DNA from: Vibrio vulnificus CMCP6
Lineage (GTDB): Bacteria > Pseudomonadota > Gammaproteobacteria > Enterobacterales > Vibrionaceae
Direction of reading: 5' to 3'
DNA length: 32,000 nt
Assembly (NCBI RefSeq): GCF_000039765.1
Contig: NC_004459.3
Span: forward strand, 2,896,104-2,928,103
Position numbers and translations under genes: made by a program. Under the pieces are notes generated by a model, which saw nothing but the letters and a program-made list of their open reading frames with translations, was not told the origin of the DNA and searched no databases. This document shows positions 1 through 9,013 of the stretch, in pieces (the first letter of the stretch is position 1; each line of letters starts with the position of its first letter).

Positions 1-384
1 TACTATGGTTGAGTTCGCCAGTGCAGAAAACTGACGGCCACCATATTTCTTCGAAATGATCAGTGAGAAAAAACGCTCTTTACGTAGGTATTCCCACACC
101 TCTTTCGGTAAATCACGATCTTCTTTCACAATCTTATGATCATCGAGCATTGCAAGCAGTGTTTCTAGCTCGTTATCAATGAAAGCTTGCTCTTCAACCG
201 ACAAGGTCGGTTTTGGATAGTGATGCAGTTTGGAGAAATCTGGCTTCCCAGAAAACAGCTCCGCGTCCCACCAAACACTTCCCGCTTCCATTGCTTCCTT
301 CTCTGTTTCAGACAAAGGAGGAAGTACTTTTTTGAACATTTTAAATGCTGGGTCGCTGACCCATTTTTTTCTTAGAGAGCACAT
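1..384 (-). CDS. fadE: Acyl-CoA dehydrogenase, FadE family (N-terminal part; continues beyond window start)
   Basis: Reverse strand reads MCSLRKKWVSDPAFKMFKKVLPPLSETEKEAMEAGSVWWDAELFSGKPDFSKLHHYPKPTLSVEEQAFIDNELETLLAMLDDHKIVKEDRDLPKEVWEYLRKERFFSLIISKKYGG, closely resembling the E. coli FadE segment after its membrane N-terminus. ATG at 384-382, in-frame TGA shortly upstream. Absent from the ORF track because it is truncated. Confidence 0.88.
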   Translation of the reverse strand, partial: MCSLRKKWVSDPAFKMFKKVLPPLSETEKEAMEAGSVWWDAELFSGKPDFSKLHHYPKPTLSVEEQAFIDNELETLLAMLDDHKIVKEDRDLPKEVWEYLRKERFFSLIISKKYGGRQFSALANSTIV

Positions 385-446
385 AGTTCAGATCCTTTTG
401 TTCACTTGGTGGAACCTGTTGGTCCTTGTTTGTATTTTAATAATAG

Positions 447-1073
447 CTACTCAGCGGACATGCCGGCTGAGAGATAGGGAATCAATAGATCAACGACAGA
501 TTTCACGTCGGTCTGTTGATTAAATTTACTGTCTGCAATTTCCACTAACGCTTGGCTAGAAGCCATGGTGAAAACACACGTGCCTAAAGTGAAGTGCAAA
601 CGCCAGAATAGTTTTTCTTCCGTCAATGCTGGATTGGCTTTTAGGATGGAGGCGATAAAAAGCTCCAGCACTTCGGCGTAACGTGTCGTGATAAACCATC
701 TTAGATGGCCCTGCACGTCGGTATAGCCTCGACCAATGAGAAGCATAAAAAGGCTGGTACCATTGGGCCTGACATCATTGAGCTCTCTTAGCGGCAATCG
801 AAGCGACTCAAACACTTCATCCATCGTATAGCTCTCTTGACTGTTGAGCTGAGTCAGAGATTGCTTTACCGCAGGCATCAGAGCCTCCAAATAACGGTTG
901 AGTACTGCACGAACTAAGGTTTTCTTATCGCCAAAATGGTAATTCACGGACGCAAGATTAACGCCTGCTTTACCCGTTATGGTGCGCAATGACGTGTCAT
1001 TAAAACCGTATTCCGCAAATAAACCTTCGGCTACATCAAGGATTTTTTCTTTTGTACTGCTTCTTGGAGCCAT
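447..1073 (-). CDS. psrA: TetR-family regulator, PsrA-like
   Basis: ORF 447..1136; preferred start MAPRSSTKEKILDVAEGLFAEYGFNDTSLRTITGKAGVNLASVNYHFGDKKTLVRAVLNRYL at 1073. HTH segment strongly resembles Pseudomonas PsrA. Confidence 0.82.
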   Translation of the reverse strand: MAPRSSTKEKILDVAEGLFAEYGFNDTSLRTITGKAGVNLASVNYHFGDKKTLVRAVLNRYLEALMPAVKQSLTQLNSQESYTMDEVFESLRLPLRELNDVRPNGTSLFMLLIGRGYTDVQGHLRWFITTRYAEVLELFIASILKANPALTEEKLFWRLHFTLGTCVFTMASSQALVEIADSKFNQQTDVKSVVDLLIPYLSAGMSAE

Positions 1074-1088
1074 TTTAATCACCCGTAT

Positions 1089-1102
1089 CAAACAACTGTT
1101 TG
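1089..1102. promoter_or_regulatory. Candidate PsrA operator CAAACAACTGTTTG
   Basis: CAAAC-N4-GTTTG palindrome just upstream of the psrA start, close to the described G/CAAAC(N2-4)GTTTG/C PsrA motif. Confidence 0.5.
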
Positions 1103-1157
1103 AAATATACGTTTGACACCATAAATTAACAAGCAATTAACATCACACTTTTCAACA

Positions 1158-1171
1158 TTGGTCCGACCAGG
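1158..1171. promoter_or_regulatory. Candidate FadR operator TTGGTCCGACCAGG
   Basis: Contains TGGTCCGACCA, matching the core of known FadR sites (TGGTNNGACCA-like), about 85 bp upstream of the psrA start. Confidence 0.6.
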
Positions 1172-1376
1172 TTTAATCACTTCACTCTATCTGGCTGTTT
1201 TCCTGTTAAAAATTACTGGAGAAAAAATTTTTAAAAAAATGGGGAACTGTTTAAAAAAGGCAGGGTCTGAATAGATGTAACAAAAAGGGCAATTTAAAGT
1301 TCTACTGGCCGTCAAACTTGTTTCTTACTTTCTGTTACGTTGCTGCTTTATCTTATTAACTCCTATGTTTGTATCT

Positions 1377-1408
1377 GCCCAGACCCTATTGGTACTGGGC
1401 TTTTTTTT
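1377..1408 (+). terminator. Rho-independent terminator, + strand
   Basis: GCCCAGACC CTATT GGTACTGGGC (bulged A) followed by TTTTTTTT. U-tract only on + strand. Confidence 0.75.
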
Positions 1409-1473
1409 GTTTGTCACTCTCTGGTCAGTCTCAATTTAGGACGGCAAATAGTTAAGACAGCCAATAGAAACCA

Positions 1474-1504
1474 AAAAGCCTCTGCGATAGTTGCAGAGGC
1501 TTTT
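1474..1504. terminator. Bidirectional intrinsic terminator, likely serving nhaA
   Basis: Perfect 12-bp stem AAAAGCCTCTGC / GCAGAGGCTTTT with 7-nt loop, downstream of the nhaA stop. Confidence 0.8.
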
Positions 1505-1543
1505 GAGTTTATTGCATCAATCTATGGTTTAGCAGTCTGTCGT

Positions 1544-2713
1544 TTAGCTGATTGCTTTCTCACTTTCCGCCGCTGTCTTTGGCAGCGATACATGCAGTAA
1601 GAAATAACCAAGCACTGCCGCTGTCGTCGATCCCATTAAGATACCTAGTCGTGAATAAGTATCGAAGTCTGGATTTGCACCACCGAAAGCCAGCGATGAA
1701 ATAAAGATCGACATGGTGAAACCGATACCACAGAGCACTGACACGGCAAAGATATGCTTGAAGTTCACACCTTCAGGCAATTTAGCCACACCAAACTTCA
1801 CCGCTGCCCAGCTAAACGTAAAGATACCCAGTGGTTTACCAACCAACAGTCCTAGCGCGATACCCAGCGGCAACATGGAAGTCAAGCCAGAAAGAGACAC
1901 CCCTTCAAGCGAGATACCAGCGTTAGCAAAGGCAAAGACAGGTAAGATAGCAAAGGCAACATATGGGTGAAGCGCATGTTCCATGTGTTTCAACGGAGAG
2001 TGCTCACCTTTTTTACCCTGTAATGGGATAGAGAAACCAATCACGACACCTGCCAAGGTTGCATGGACTCCGGATTTCAGTACCGCAACCCACAAGATAA
2101 AGCCGACAACGATATACCAAATTAACTTAGTCACATTCTTAGCGTTTAGCATGAACAAGACACCCGTCATCGCGAATCCAACCGTCAACGCAAGTGTCGA
2201 CAAATCGCCACTGTAGAAGAGCGCAATAATCACAACGACGCCCAAGTCATCGATGATCGCTAATGCCAAAAGGAACACTTTAAGACTGACAGGAACGCGC
2301 TTACCTAGCAGCGCCATGATACCCAAAGCAAATGCAATATCGGTCGCTGCTGGAATTGCCCAACCTTTAATCGCTTCCGGATCGTTTCCATTGAAAGCAA
2401 CATAGATAAGCGCTGGCGCCAACATACCACCCACTGCGGCAATCGCTGGGAAGATCGCAGTTTCACGCGATTTCAATGCGCCTTCTAATAATTCACGCTT
2501 AACTTCCAAGCCGATCAGCAAGAAGAAAATTGCCATTAGGCCATCATTGATCCAGTGAGATACTGACATGCCAAATACATAAGTATGCAAAACCGCTTGG
2601 TAACTTTCATTGAGAGGCGAGTTTGCAATCACCATTGCGATGGCGGCAGCGATCACAAGCAAAATGCCACCAGCAGATTCCATTTTGAAAAAGTCACGAA
2701 TGACATCGTTCAT
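1544..2713 (-). CDS. nhaA: Na+/H+ antiporter NhaA
   Basis: 389-aa ORF starting [34 protein letters not shown] and containing [11 protein letters not shown] and [17 protein letters not shown], typical of NhaA. Confidence 0.96.
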   Translation of the reverse strand: MNDVIRDFFKMESAGGILLVIAAAIAMVIANSPLNESYQAVLHTYVFGMSVSHWINDGLMAIFFLLIGLEVKRELLEGALKSRETAIFPAIAAVGGMLAPALIYVAFNGNDPEAIKGWAIPAATDIAFALGIMALLGKRVPVSLKVFLLALAIIDDLGVVVIIALFYSGDLSTLALTVGFAMTGVLFMLNAKNVTKLIWYIVVGFILWVAVLKSGVHATLAGVVIGFSIPLQGKKGEHSPLKHMEHALHPYVAFAILPVFAFANAGISLEGVSLSGLTSMLPLGIALGLLVGKPLGIFTFSWAAVKFGVAKLPEGVNFKHIFAVSVLCGIGFTMSIFISSLAFGGANPDFDTYSRLGILMGSTTAAVLGYFLLHVSLPKTAAESEKAIS

Positions 2714-2956
2714 GATTTCACCCTTTTATTTATAATCGTAATCAACGAACTTTGAAGAATGTAAGCAGTGTATATATAACCATTTTGTAGGAATAATCGC
2801 TTGTTTGGATGTTTCACTTCGGTATTTCCGATGTAAGCAATTACCTCAGCCAACCACATTCTCAGTTCATCGACATTCAAGCCATTGAAAAGATTATAGC
2901 CAATTCGTTAAACGGATGTTAGTAAAGCGATTGATTATTCATAAATCGTAACAGAT

Positions 2957-2990
2957 AAAACAATGGGCTCCATGAGGAGCCCATTGTTTT
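2957..2990. terminator. Intrinsic terminator of the AttEFGH-like operon
   Basis: Perfect 15-bp stem AAAACAATGGGCTCC / GGAGCCCATTGTTTT with ATGA loop; overlaps the stop codon of the 2989..4113 ORF. Confidence 0.75.
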
Positions 2991-4113
2991 AATAACCCGT
3001 TAATTGCATAAAGCCTCTTCCAGACTTGCTACCTGCCACATTTATTGGCCCTTCCCAATAGGGAATCAAAAAGGGTAACCACATCTCTTGCTGTACCGCT
3101 TTCGTTTGCACGTAGATGTCTTGACTTGGAATTTCAATCACCCATTGCAATGGAATGCGCTTTCCGTCTGACAGCGTTGTATAGAGGATCGGATAAACCG
3201 TCACATCCTTTTCCGTTAACGGTATGACTTTGCCAGACGACGTTGATAGCGTACCAAAAATATAAGGAACTCGACTTTGATGACGGTAACGGCTGATGCT
3301 AAGTGCCTTGTCGTTGTCGAGGTTGAAGGTGAACCAATCCCACCCTTGCTGCCCTTCTTCGAAAAGGTTGCTGCCCCACTCTTTTTGTAGCCACGCATTG
3401 CCCGTTACTTCAATACGACGCCCTTCTAAGAACATACTGCCTTTTACATCGAGAAAGGGAGCGCTAATGCTGAATGACGCAACCGACTCGAGATCGTGTT
3501 TAACTTGATAGCCTTTATCACCATTGAGAACAAATGGGCCACCCGTCCTCGTCGCCAGCTCCAGCGAAAAATCATCGGTTGCTATTGTTAGGCTTCCTGG
3601 AAACGGCGTTGTACCCAACGAACGCCATGTCCAGTTATCGATCCACATACGAAAGGGTTTATTGGTTGACCCCGCTTGGCCTATCCCACCTCTGGCCACG
3701 CGTTGCTCCCGCCAGATCTTTTCTTTTCCCGTTAAAACAACGTTAGCGAGATAAAGCTGAGGGTTTTGCCAACCACTGACTTCTCTTTCATCAGTCGCGA
3801 TGCGGAACAAACTAAACTGGACGGTGTAGAATTGACCAAATTCGTCTTGCAGCGTTGCAAAATAGTGCCACCATTCATGCTGGTATTGCTCATGAAATTT
3901 GAAATCTTCCGGCAACGAGACTTTTTTATTGGGTAATACAGGCTCAAAGATCGTTTTGTCCTGTATGCCCAAAGAGTTATTCAGTCGATATTCTTGCGCC
4001 TCATTGGTAGCGGATTGAGACCAATAAAAGCCCATCGCAGCTGTCACCATAGCCGCTAAAAGAAAAGTGAGCATTAATGCAAGATTATTGGATTTTCCAG
4101 CTAACCACTTCAT
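2989..4113 (-). CDS. AttH-like / lipocalin-like (carotenoid 1,2-hydratase superfamily) protein
   Basis: 374-aa ORF with N-terminal membrane segment and FHEQYQHEWWHYFATL; WLQKEWGSN; QGWDWFTFNL motifs; directly downstream of an FtsX-like permease and LolD-like ATPase. Confidence 0.75.
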   Translation of the reverse strand: MKWLAGKSNNLALMLTFLLAAMVTAAMGFYWSQSATNEAQEYRLNNSLGIQDKTIFEPVLPNKKVSLPEDFKFHEQYQHEWWHYFATLQDEFGQFYTVQFSLFRIATDEREVSGWQNPQLYLANVVLTGKEKIWREQRVARGGIGQAGSTNKPFRMWIDNWTWRSLGTTPFPGSLTIATDDFSLELATRTGGPFVLNGDKGYQVKHDLESVASFSISAPFLDVKGSMFLEGRRIEVTGNAWLQKEWGSNLFEEGQQGWDWFTFNLDNDKALSISRYRHQSRVPYIFGTLSTSSGKVIPLTEKDVTVYPILYTTLSDGKRIPLQWVIEIPSQDIYVQTKAVQQEMWLPFLIPYWEGPINVAGSKSGRGFMQLTGY

Positions 4114-6567
4114 CTAGAATGAATCCCTTAATGATTTCATTGGCGTGTTCTTAACCAGACGGATAACGGGTAATGCGCCAGCAAGCATAATCGCGATCAT
4201 CGCCCAAAGAATGGTCTCTCCGTACTCAATCACATCGATTTGCAATTGCAAAGACCAACCAAACGACTGCTTAATCACTATGTCCACCACCAACGTGGCA
4301 AGCGCCATACCGAGTGGAACCGCGATAAGGGCGGAAATCACGCCGAACACAAATAACTGTAAACCACCAAGAATAATGAGTTCTTTACCCGAAACCCCCA
4401 GACATCTCAAAATAGAAATATTCTTTTGACGGCTCATCTCTCCTGCTAACGTCGCGAAGAAAAGGCCAAAAACGGCGATCACCAGCGTGATATTTCCTAA
4501 GGTATCTGCAATAGCGAAGGTATGATCAAAGACTCGCATCGCTTGACTATAAATGTTGTTGTTATCAAACACTCGTTCAGACGTCAGTCTAAAGATGTTT
4601 TCCAAGCGATGCTTGAGGCCCTCGCCATTGACGTTGTCTTTAAGCAACACGCCTAAGCCCACGTTGCCAGAGCCTGCAAACGCATACAGCCAGTTGCGGT
4701 GAGACAGCAACACTTGATTGTAAGGATTGCCGTAATCGTAATACACCCCAACGACCAGCCAGCCTCCACCTAATGGCGCAGCAAGATCGAGATAATCGCC
4801 GGGTCGGATATCGAGTTTTAACGCCATTGATTCACTGATCATGACGCTTTTACTGTGATGTAAATGATACCAATAATTAGGCACACCTAATTTTACGGTT
4901 AGTGCTTCCAACTCGCCGTCGCTTGGGCCAGTACTGACCACTTGAACGATATCACGCTCATCCGCCAGTTCTTTCTCCCAACGCCACCACACTTCATCCA
5001 CTTCCGGTTGGGCTTCAAGCCAGTTACTCAATCTCGCCGCAGAATTGTTGGTTGGATAAATGTAAAGATCCGCAGCTAAACGCTGGGTTAACCACTTATC
5101 GGTGGTGTCTCTAAAACTGCCGACCATGGTTTCAACACCAATGTTGGCCGCCAACGCCAACATAAACGCCATCATGGCAACGCCACGATAACTCATACTG
5201 GCAGCCATATCGGCGAAAAACCAACGTAAATTCACCCAGCGCAAAGTATAAGAGAAGCTGTTAAATACCTTCCACATTAAAAAAGGCATGAACAGCGCCA
5301 CACTCATCAACATCAGTGCAATGATTGTAAAGCCCGATTCTGGCGTCTTCGGAGCTTGATAAACGGCAATCGCCGCTACGGCGAAACCACAAGCAGCGAG
5401 AGCTTGCCAAGCGAACTCTTTGCCTGCAAAACGCACCAACGATAACTTAGCGGACAAACGAATGGGCTGAGATTTCAACAAGCGAATGAGCGGCCACAAG
5501 CACGATATCAATGCGCCAAGTACCGCCAGAAGCAAACTGTATAGGCTCGACTCCCAACTCCAGCTAATCGACAAGCCTACGTTGGCATCGTACAAATCCC
5601 CTAAACTAGCAGAAACAGCAGGGATCAATTCATTTGCCAAAAACAACCCTAAAACATTGCCACAAGCCCAAGCAACCAAAACCAAAATGGTCAGCTCGAG
5701 TAATAAAGCTTTGGCTAGCTGCATGCCAGTCACACCCGTTTGTCGCATAATACCAACAAGCGGTTGACGCTGGATAAGCGATAACGACATCGCTTGATAG
5801 AAAATAAATAAGCCAACGAGGAAAGAAAGCATCCCCATTGCAGTCAGATTAAGGTGAAATGCTTTGGTCAATGATTCCAGTTCATCTTGGCTGTTTCGAA
5901 CCAGCGTCAAACCATTGGGCAAATAACGTTTAAGGTGTTCTAGCTTCTCTGGCGGCATTTCTGCACAAGCGATCACCGATAAACCTGAGCTGCGCTTTAG
6001 CATGCGTAACAATGAAATGTCAGCGACCATACGGCTGCCATTTAAGCGTTGTTCACGGTCAACACGTAAAGGCCCCAGTTGGCTGCCATCTTCTAAAGCA
6101 ATAAAGTCGCCATCTTGCCACGCCATGTGTTCAGCAAGATCTTGGCTAATAAGAATGGGATAAGGCGGGTTCATTAACGCTAGTGAGGTGGCGCGATTTA
6201 AAGAGGTCTCTTTCTCCAACTGCAGCATGGCAACCGGATCCATACCAATCAACATCAACCCCATACCATCTGCCGTTTTGATATGGTGCATATCAAATGG
6301 CGTACATTGCTGAAAACCTGCTCGGCGTAATTGAATATAAAAACCTTGGGGAATCTTATTGGCGCTGTGTTTTGGGCGAATGCGATATGGCAGAGGGTTA
6401 TTGAAGAGTTTCTCGCCGTTTTGATAGCTTTCTTGCGCATGGTGATTGATGGCTGTGACACCAACCAATAAAGACACGCCTAACGTGAGGCCAAGCCACA
6501 CCAATAATATTTGTAGCGGGTAACGTCTGTAGTGACCGAGTAGTGCCTTAACTACGGGCCATAACAT
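4114..6567 (-). CDS. FtsX/MacB-like ABC transporter permease (AttF/AttG-like, 817 aa)
   Basis: Long multi-TM ORF with two FtsX-like membrane halves separated by a large periplasmic region; overlaps the ATPase gene. Confidence 0.85.
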   Translation of the reverse strand: MLWPVVKALLGHYRRYPLQILLVWLGLTLGVSLLVGVTAINHHAQESYQNGEKLFNNPLPYRIRPKHSANKIPQGFYIQLRRAGFQQCTPFDMHHIKTADGMGLMLIGMDPVAMLQLEKETSLNRATSLALMNPPYPILISQDLAEHMAWQDGDFIALEDGSQLGPLRVDREQRLNGSRMVADISLLRMLKRSSGLSVIACAEMPPEKLEHLKRYLPNGLTLVRNSQDELESLTKAFHLNLTAMGMLSFLVGLFIFYQAMSLSLIQRQPLVGIMRQTGVTGMQLAKALLLELTILVLVAWACGNVLGLFLANELIPAVSASLGDLYDANVGLSISWSWESSLYSLLLAVLGALISCLWPLIRLLKSQPIRLSAKLSLVRFAGKEFAWQALAACGFAVAAIAVYQAPKTPESGFTIIALMLMSVALFMPFLMWKVFNSFSYTLRWVNLRWFFADMAASMSYRGVAMMAFMLALAANIGVETMVGSFRDTTDKWLTQRLAADLYIYPTNNSAARLSNWLEAQPEVDEVWWRWEKELADERDIVQVVSTGPSDGELEALTVKLGVPNYWYHLHHSKSVMISESMALKLDIRPGDYLDLAAPLGGGWLVVGVYYDYGNPYNQVLLSHRNWLYAFAGSGNVGLGVLLKDNVNGEGLKHRLENIFRLTSERVFDNNNIYSQAMRVFDHTFAIADTLGNITLVIAVFGLFFATLAGEMSRQKNISILRCLGVSGKELIILGGLQLFVFGVISALIAVPLGMALATLVVDIVIKQSFGWSLQLQIDVIEYGETILWAMIAIMLAGALPVIRLVKNTPMKSLRDSF

Positions 6568-7219
6568 GCAGTTGCCCCCCTTGCAGGCGAATCATCCCTT
6601 CCATGTGTTTGGCCACTTTTTCACTGTGTGTTACCAACAATAAAGTGCAGTCTAGCTGACGGGTAAGCGAGGTGAGTAAGCGCATAACTGCTTCGGCATT
6701 GCGTTCATCAAGGCTGCCTGTGGGCTCATCCGCCAACAGCAATTTGGGTTCCATATACAACGCACGAGCAATGGCCGCTCTCTGCTGTTGTCCCCCAGAC
6801 ACTTCTTCCGGATAACGCCCAAGAAGCGGCATGAGATCCAAAGCCGATAAAATTTGACGCCACAACCCCTTATCATCAGGAAGGCCCTTTAATTGGCGGC
6901 AAAAACGAATATTGTCGGCAATATTGAGTGTAGGTAACAGGTTGAATTGCTGGAAGATATGGCCAATATTATTTCGACGGTAGGCAGTTCGCAGATGCTC
7001 TGGGGCATCGTTCATAGCAAATCCCGGAAACATGATTTCGCCAGAATCAACAATGTCGAGGCCGGAAATCAAATTCAACAAAGTGCTTTTACCGGAGCCA
7101 CTTTCCCCCATCAAAGCAAGTTGTTCCCCTTGCTTCAGGGACAATTCAGCACCTTGTAGTACGGGATGAAACTCGCCTCCATCCACATAGCCTTTACATA
7201 GGTCTGAAAGTTGTAGCAT
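6548..7219 (-). CDS. LolD/MacB-like ABC transporter ATP-binding protein (AttE-like)
   Basis: MLQLSDLCKGYVDGG...GESGSGKSTLLNLISGLD (Walker A), EVSGGQQQRAAIARAL (signature), LLLADEPTGSLD (Walker B). A GTG start at 7231 is also possible. Confidence 0.9.
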   Translation of the reverse strand: MLQLSDLCKGYVDGGEFHPVLQGAELSLKQGEQLALMGESGSGKSTLLNLISGLDIVDSGEIMFPGFAMNDAPEHLRTAYRRNNIGHIFQQFNLLPTLNIADNIRFCRQLKGLPDDKGLWRQILSALDLMPLLGRYPEEVSGGQQQRAAIARALYMEPKLLLADEPTGSLDERNAEAVMRLLTSLTRQLDCTLLLVTHSEKVAKHMEGMIRLQGGQLHVMARS

Positions 7220-7338
7220 TGATCTAATCACTTTGTTGCTTTGAGAAATTGGAACCAGAATCTACACTAAAAACCTGATAACCGGAAGTATTTTGAGCCC
7301 TACATCACGCTATTTTGGTTTTCTTTTGCCTTGAATCA

Positions 7339-7347
7339 CCCCCCCCC
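7339..7347. repeat. Nine-base poly-C tract in intergenic region
   Basis: aatcaCCCCCCCCCtcc read directly, between the divergent 6548..7219 and 7400..8908 genes. Confidence 0.9.
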
Positions 7348-7399
7348 TCCTTTTTAAGTCACTTACCGACAAAGTAGACAGCAAGCACTTGAGTCGACT

Positions 7400-8908
7400 A
7401 TGAAAATGCGACAACATGAAAATACTCAGACAGGTGCATTACTCGTTAAGGAAAACGGAATGAAAAAAGTGCTGGTGTTAGGGGCTTCTGGCTACGTTGG
7501 TTCACAGTTGATCCCGCAGCTTCTTGAACAAGGTTATCAGGTTACGGCGGCGGCAAGGCATATCGATCATTTGCGAGCGCGAGTGCTGCCCCACCCTTCT
7601 CTGACCTTTCACTACCTCGATCTGGCCGATCAAGAACAAACCCAAGCACTGATCCCCCAATTTGAGCTCATTTACTTCCTCGTACACGGCATGGCCCATG
7701 GACACGACTTTGTCGACTACGAGTTATCGCTTGCCGATCATTTCTATCAAGCACTTGTGGGCAGCGATGTTAAGCACGTCATTTATCTCAGTGCCATCCA
7801 ACCGCAATCGGGCTGCTCGCAGCATTTACTGGCGAGAAAAATGACCGGGGATGTGATTCGCAAAGCCAATATCCCCGTCACCGAGCTTCGTGCAGGCGTT
7901 ATCATTGGCCCAGGCTCTGCGGCTTTCGAAATTATGCGCGATTTTGTTTACCACTTACCCATTCTGATCACGCCCAAATGGGTCGACTCAAAAGCCAATC
8001 CGATCGCACTCGACAATTTGAATCATTACTTGTTGCGTCTAGCGGAGGAAACACCAGAGCAGCATCACACTTACGAAGTCGGTGGACCCGATACCCTCTC
8101 CTACCGAGATCAATTTCGCACCATTTGCCAAGTCACCAAGATCCCGTTCCGCTTGGTCAGCTCTGCGTTACTCACGCCGAGGCTTGCCTCTCATTGGCTT
8201 GGGCTAATCACTTCGGTGCCCTCCAATATCGGCAAAGCCCTTTTGGCGGGCTTAGAGCACGACTACATTGCCAACTCCCAAGCAATACGAGAAAAATACC
8301 CTCAACCACTGATTCGTTACCAAGACGCTGTGGCTCAAGCGGTTGAAAATGAAGGTACTTTCGTGAGGAGCAATGTTTGGGGATTTGATCCAGCAGCACT
8401 TCAACGTTGGCAGCCAGGCTACGGTTACTACGCCAAACAGGCAGGAGCAAGCATACGCACCCAAGCAAGTGCAGAGTCACTTTGGACATGGGTGCAAAAA
8501 ATTGGCAGCCGCAAAGAGGGGTACTTTTTTGCCGATATCTTATGGCGCACTCGAGAATGGCTCGATGTGCTCTTTGGCGGCTCTCGCCCTGTTCGACGCT
8601 CTCCCGCCGGTCCTGAGCTAAAAGTTGGCGACTATATCGATTCTTGGAAAGTGATTCGCTGCGAAAAGCAGCAATTTCTTTCGCTGTTTTTCGGCATGAA
8701 AGGGCCCGGTTTAGGTCGACTCGAGTTTACCATCCACGATCATGGTCATTATCGGGAGCTCAATGTCACCGCGTGGTGGCATCCGCAAGGTTTTCCGGGT
8801 CTACTTTACTGGTTTGCCATGATGCCTGCTCACCTGTTTATTTTTAATGGCATGGTAAAAGCGATCGCCAAAAAAGCCTCACGGGAAAAAGGGGGGACGA
8901 CCAATTAG
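7400..8908 (+). CDS. NAD(P)-binding (atypical SDR) protein with C-terminal DUF2867-like domain
   Basis: VLVLGASGYVGSQLIPQLLEQGYQVTAAAR Rossmann motif; C-terminal WTWVQKIGSRKEGYFFADILWRTREWLDVLFGG...ELKVGDYIDSWKV resembles YbjT/DUF2867-type proteins. The true start may be the internal MKKVLVLG at codon 21. Confidence 0.75.
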   Translation: MKMRQHENTQTGALLVKENGMKKVLVLGASGYVGSQLIPQLLEQGYQVTAAARHIDHLRARVLPHPSLTFHYLDLADQEQTQALIPQFELIYFLVHGMAHGHDFVDYELSLADHFYQALVGSDVKHVIYLSAIQPQSGCSQHLLARKMTGDVIRKANIPVTELRAGVIIGPGSAAFEIMRDFVYHLPILITPKWVDSKANPIALDNLNHYLLRLAEETPEQHHTYEVGGPDTLSYRDQFRTICQVTKIPFRLVSSALLTPRLASHWLGLITSVPSNIGKALLAGLEHDYIANSQAIREKYPQPLIRYQDAVAQAVENEGTFVRSNVWGFDPAALQRWQPGYGYYAKQAGASIRTQASAESLWTWVQKIGSRKEGYFFADILWRTREWLDVLFGGSRPVRRSPAGPELKVGDYIDSWKVIRCEKQQFLSLFFGMKGPGLGRLEFTIHDHGHYRELNVTAWWHPQGFPGLLYWFAMMPAHLFIFNGMVKAIAKKASREKGGTTN

Positions 8909-9013
8909 CACCGCTTTCGTTAGCATCTTTTTGGCATAACCGTATCAATCTCGGTCCAAACCTGACTTTGTTTCTATTATTAGAATTATCACTAAAACAA
9001 ATCAGGCACGATT

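Noticed and set aside
187-523. Two + strand ORFs at the window start
   Set aside because: They are antisense to the well-supported fadE N-terminus and the psrA 3' end.
1340-1600. 86-aa + strand ORF MLLYLINSYVCICPDPIG...
   Set aside because: It runs through two intrinsic terminators and into the 3' end of nhaA. Better explained as non-coding sequence.
7978-8621. Several overlapping ORFs on both strands
   Set aside because: All sit inside the well-supported 7400..8908 coding sequence and look like shadow frames.
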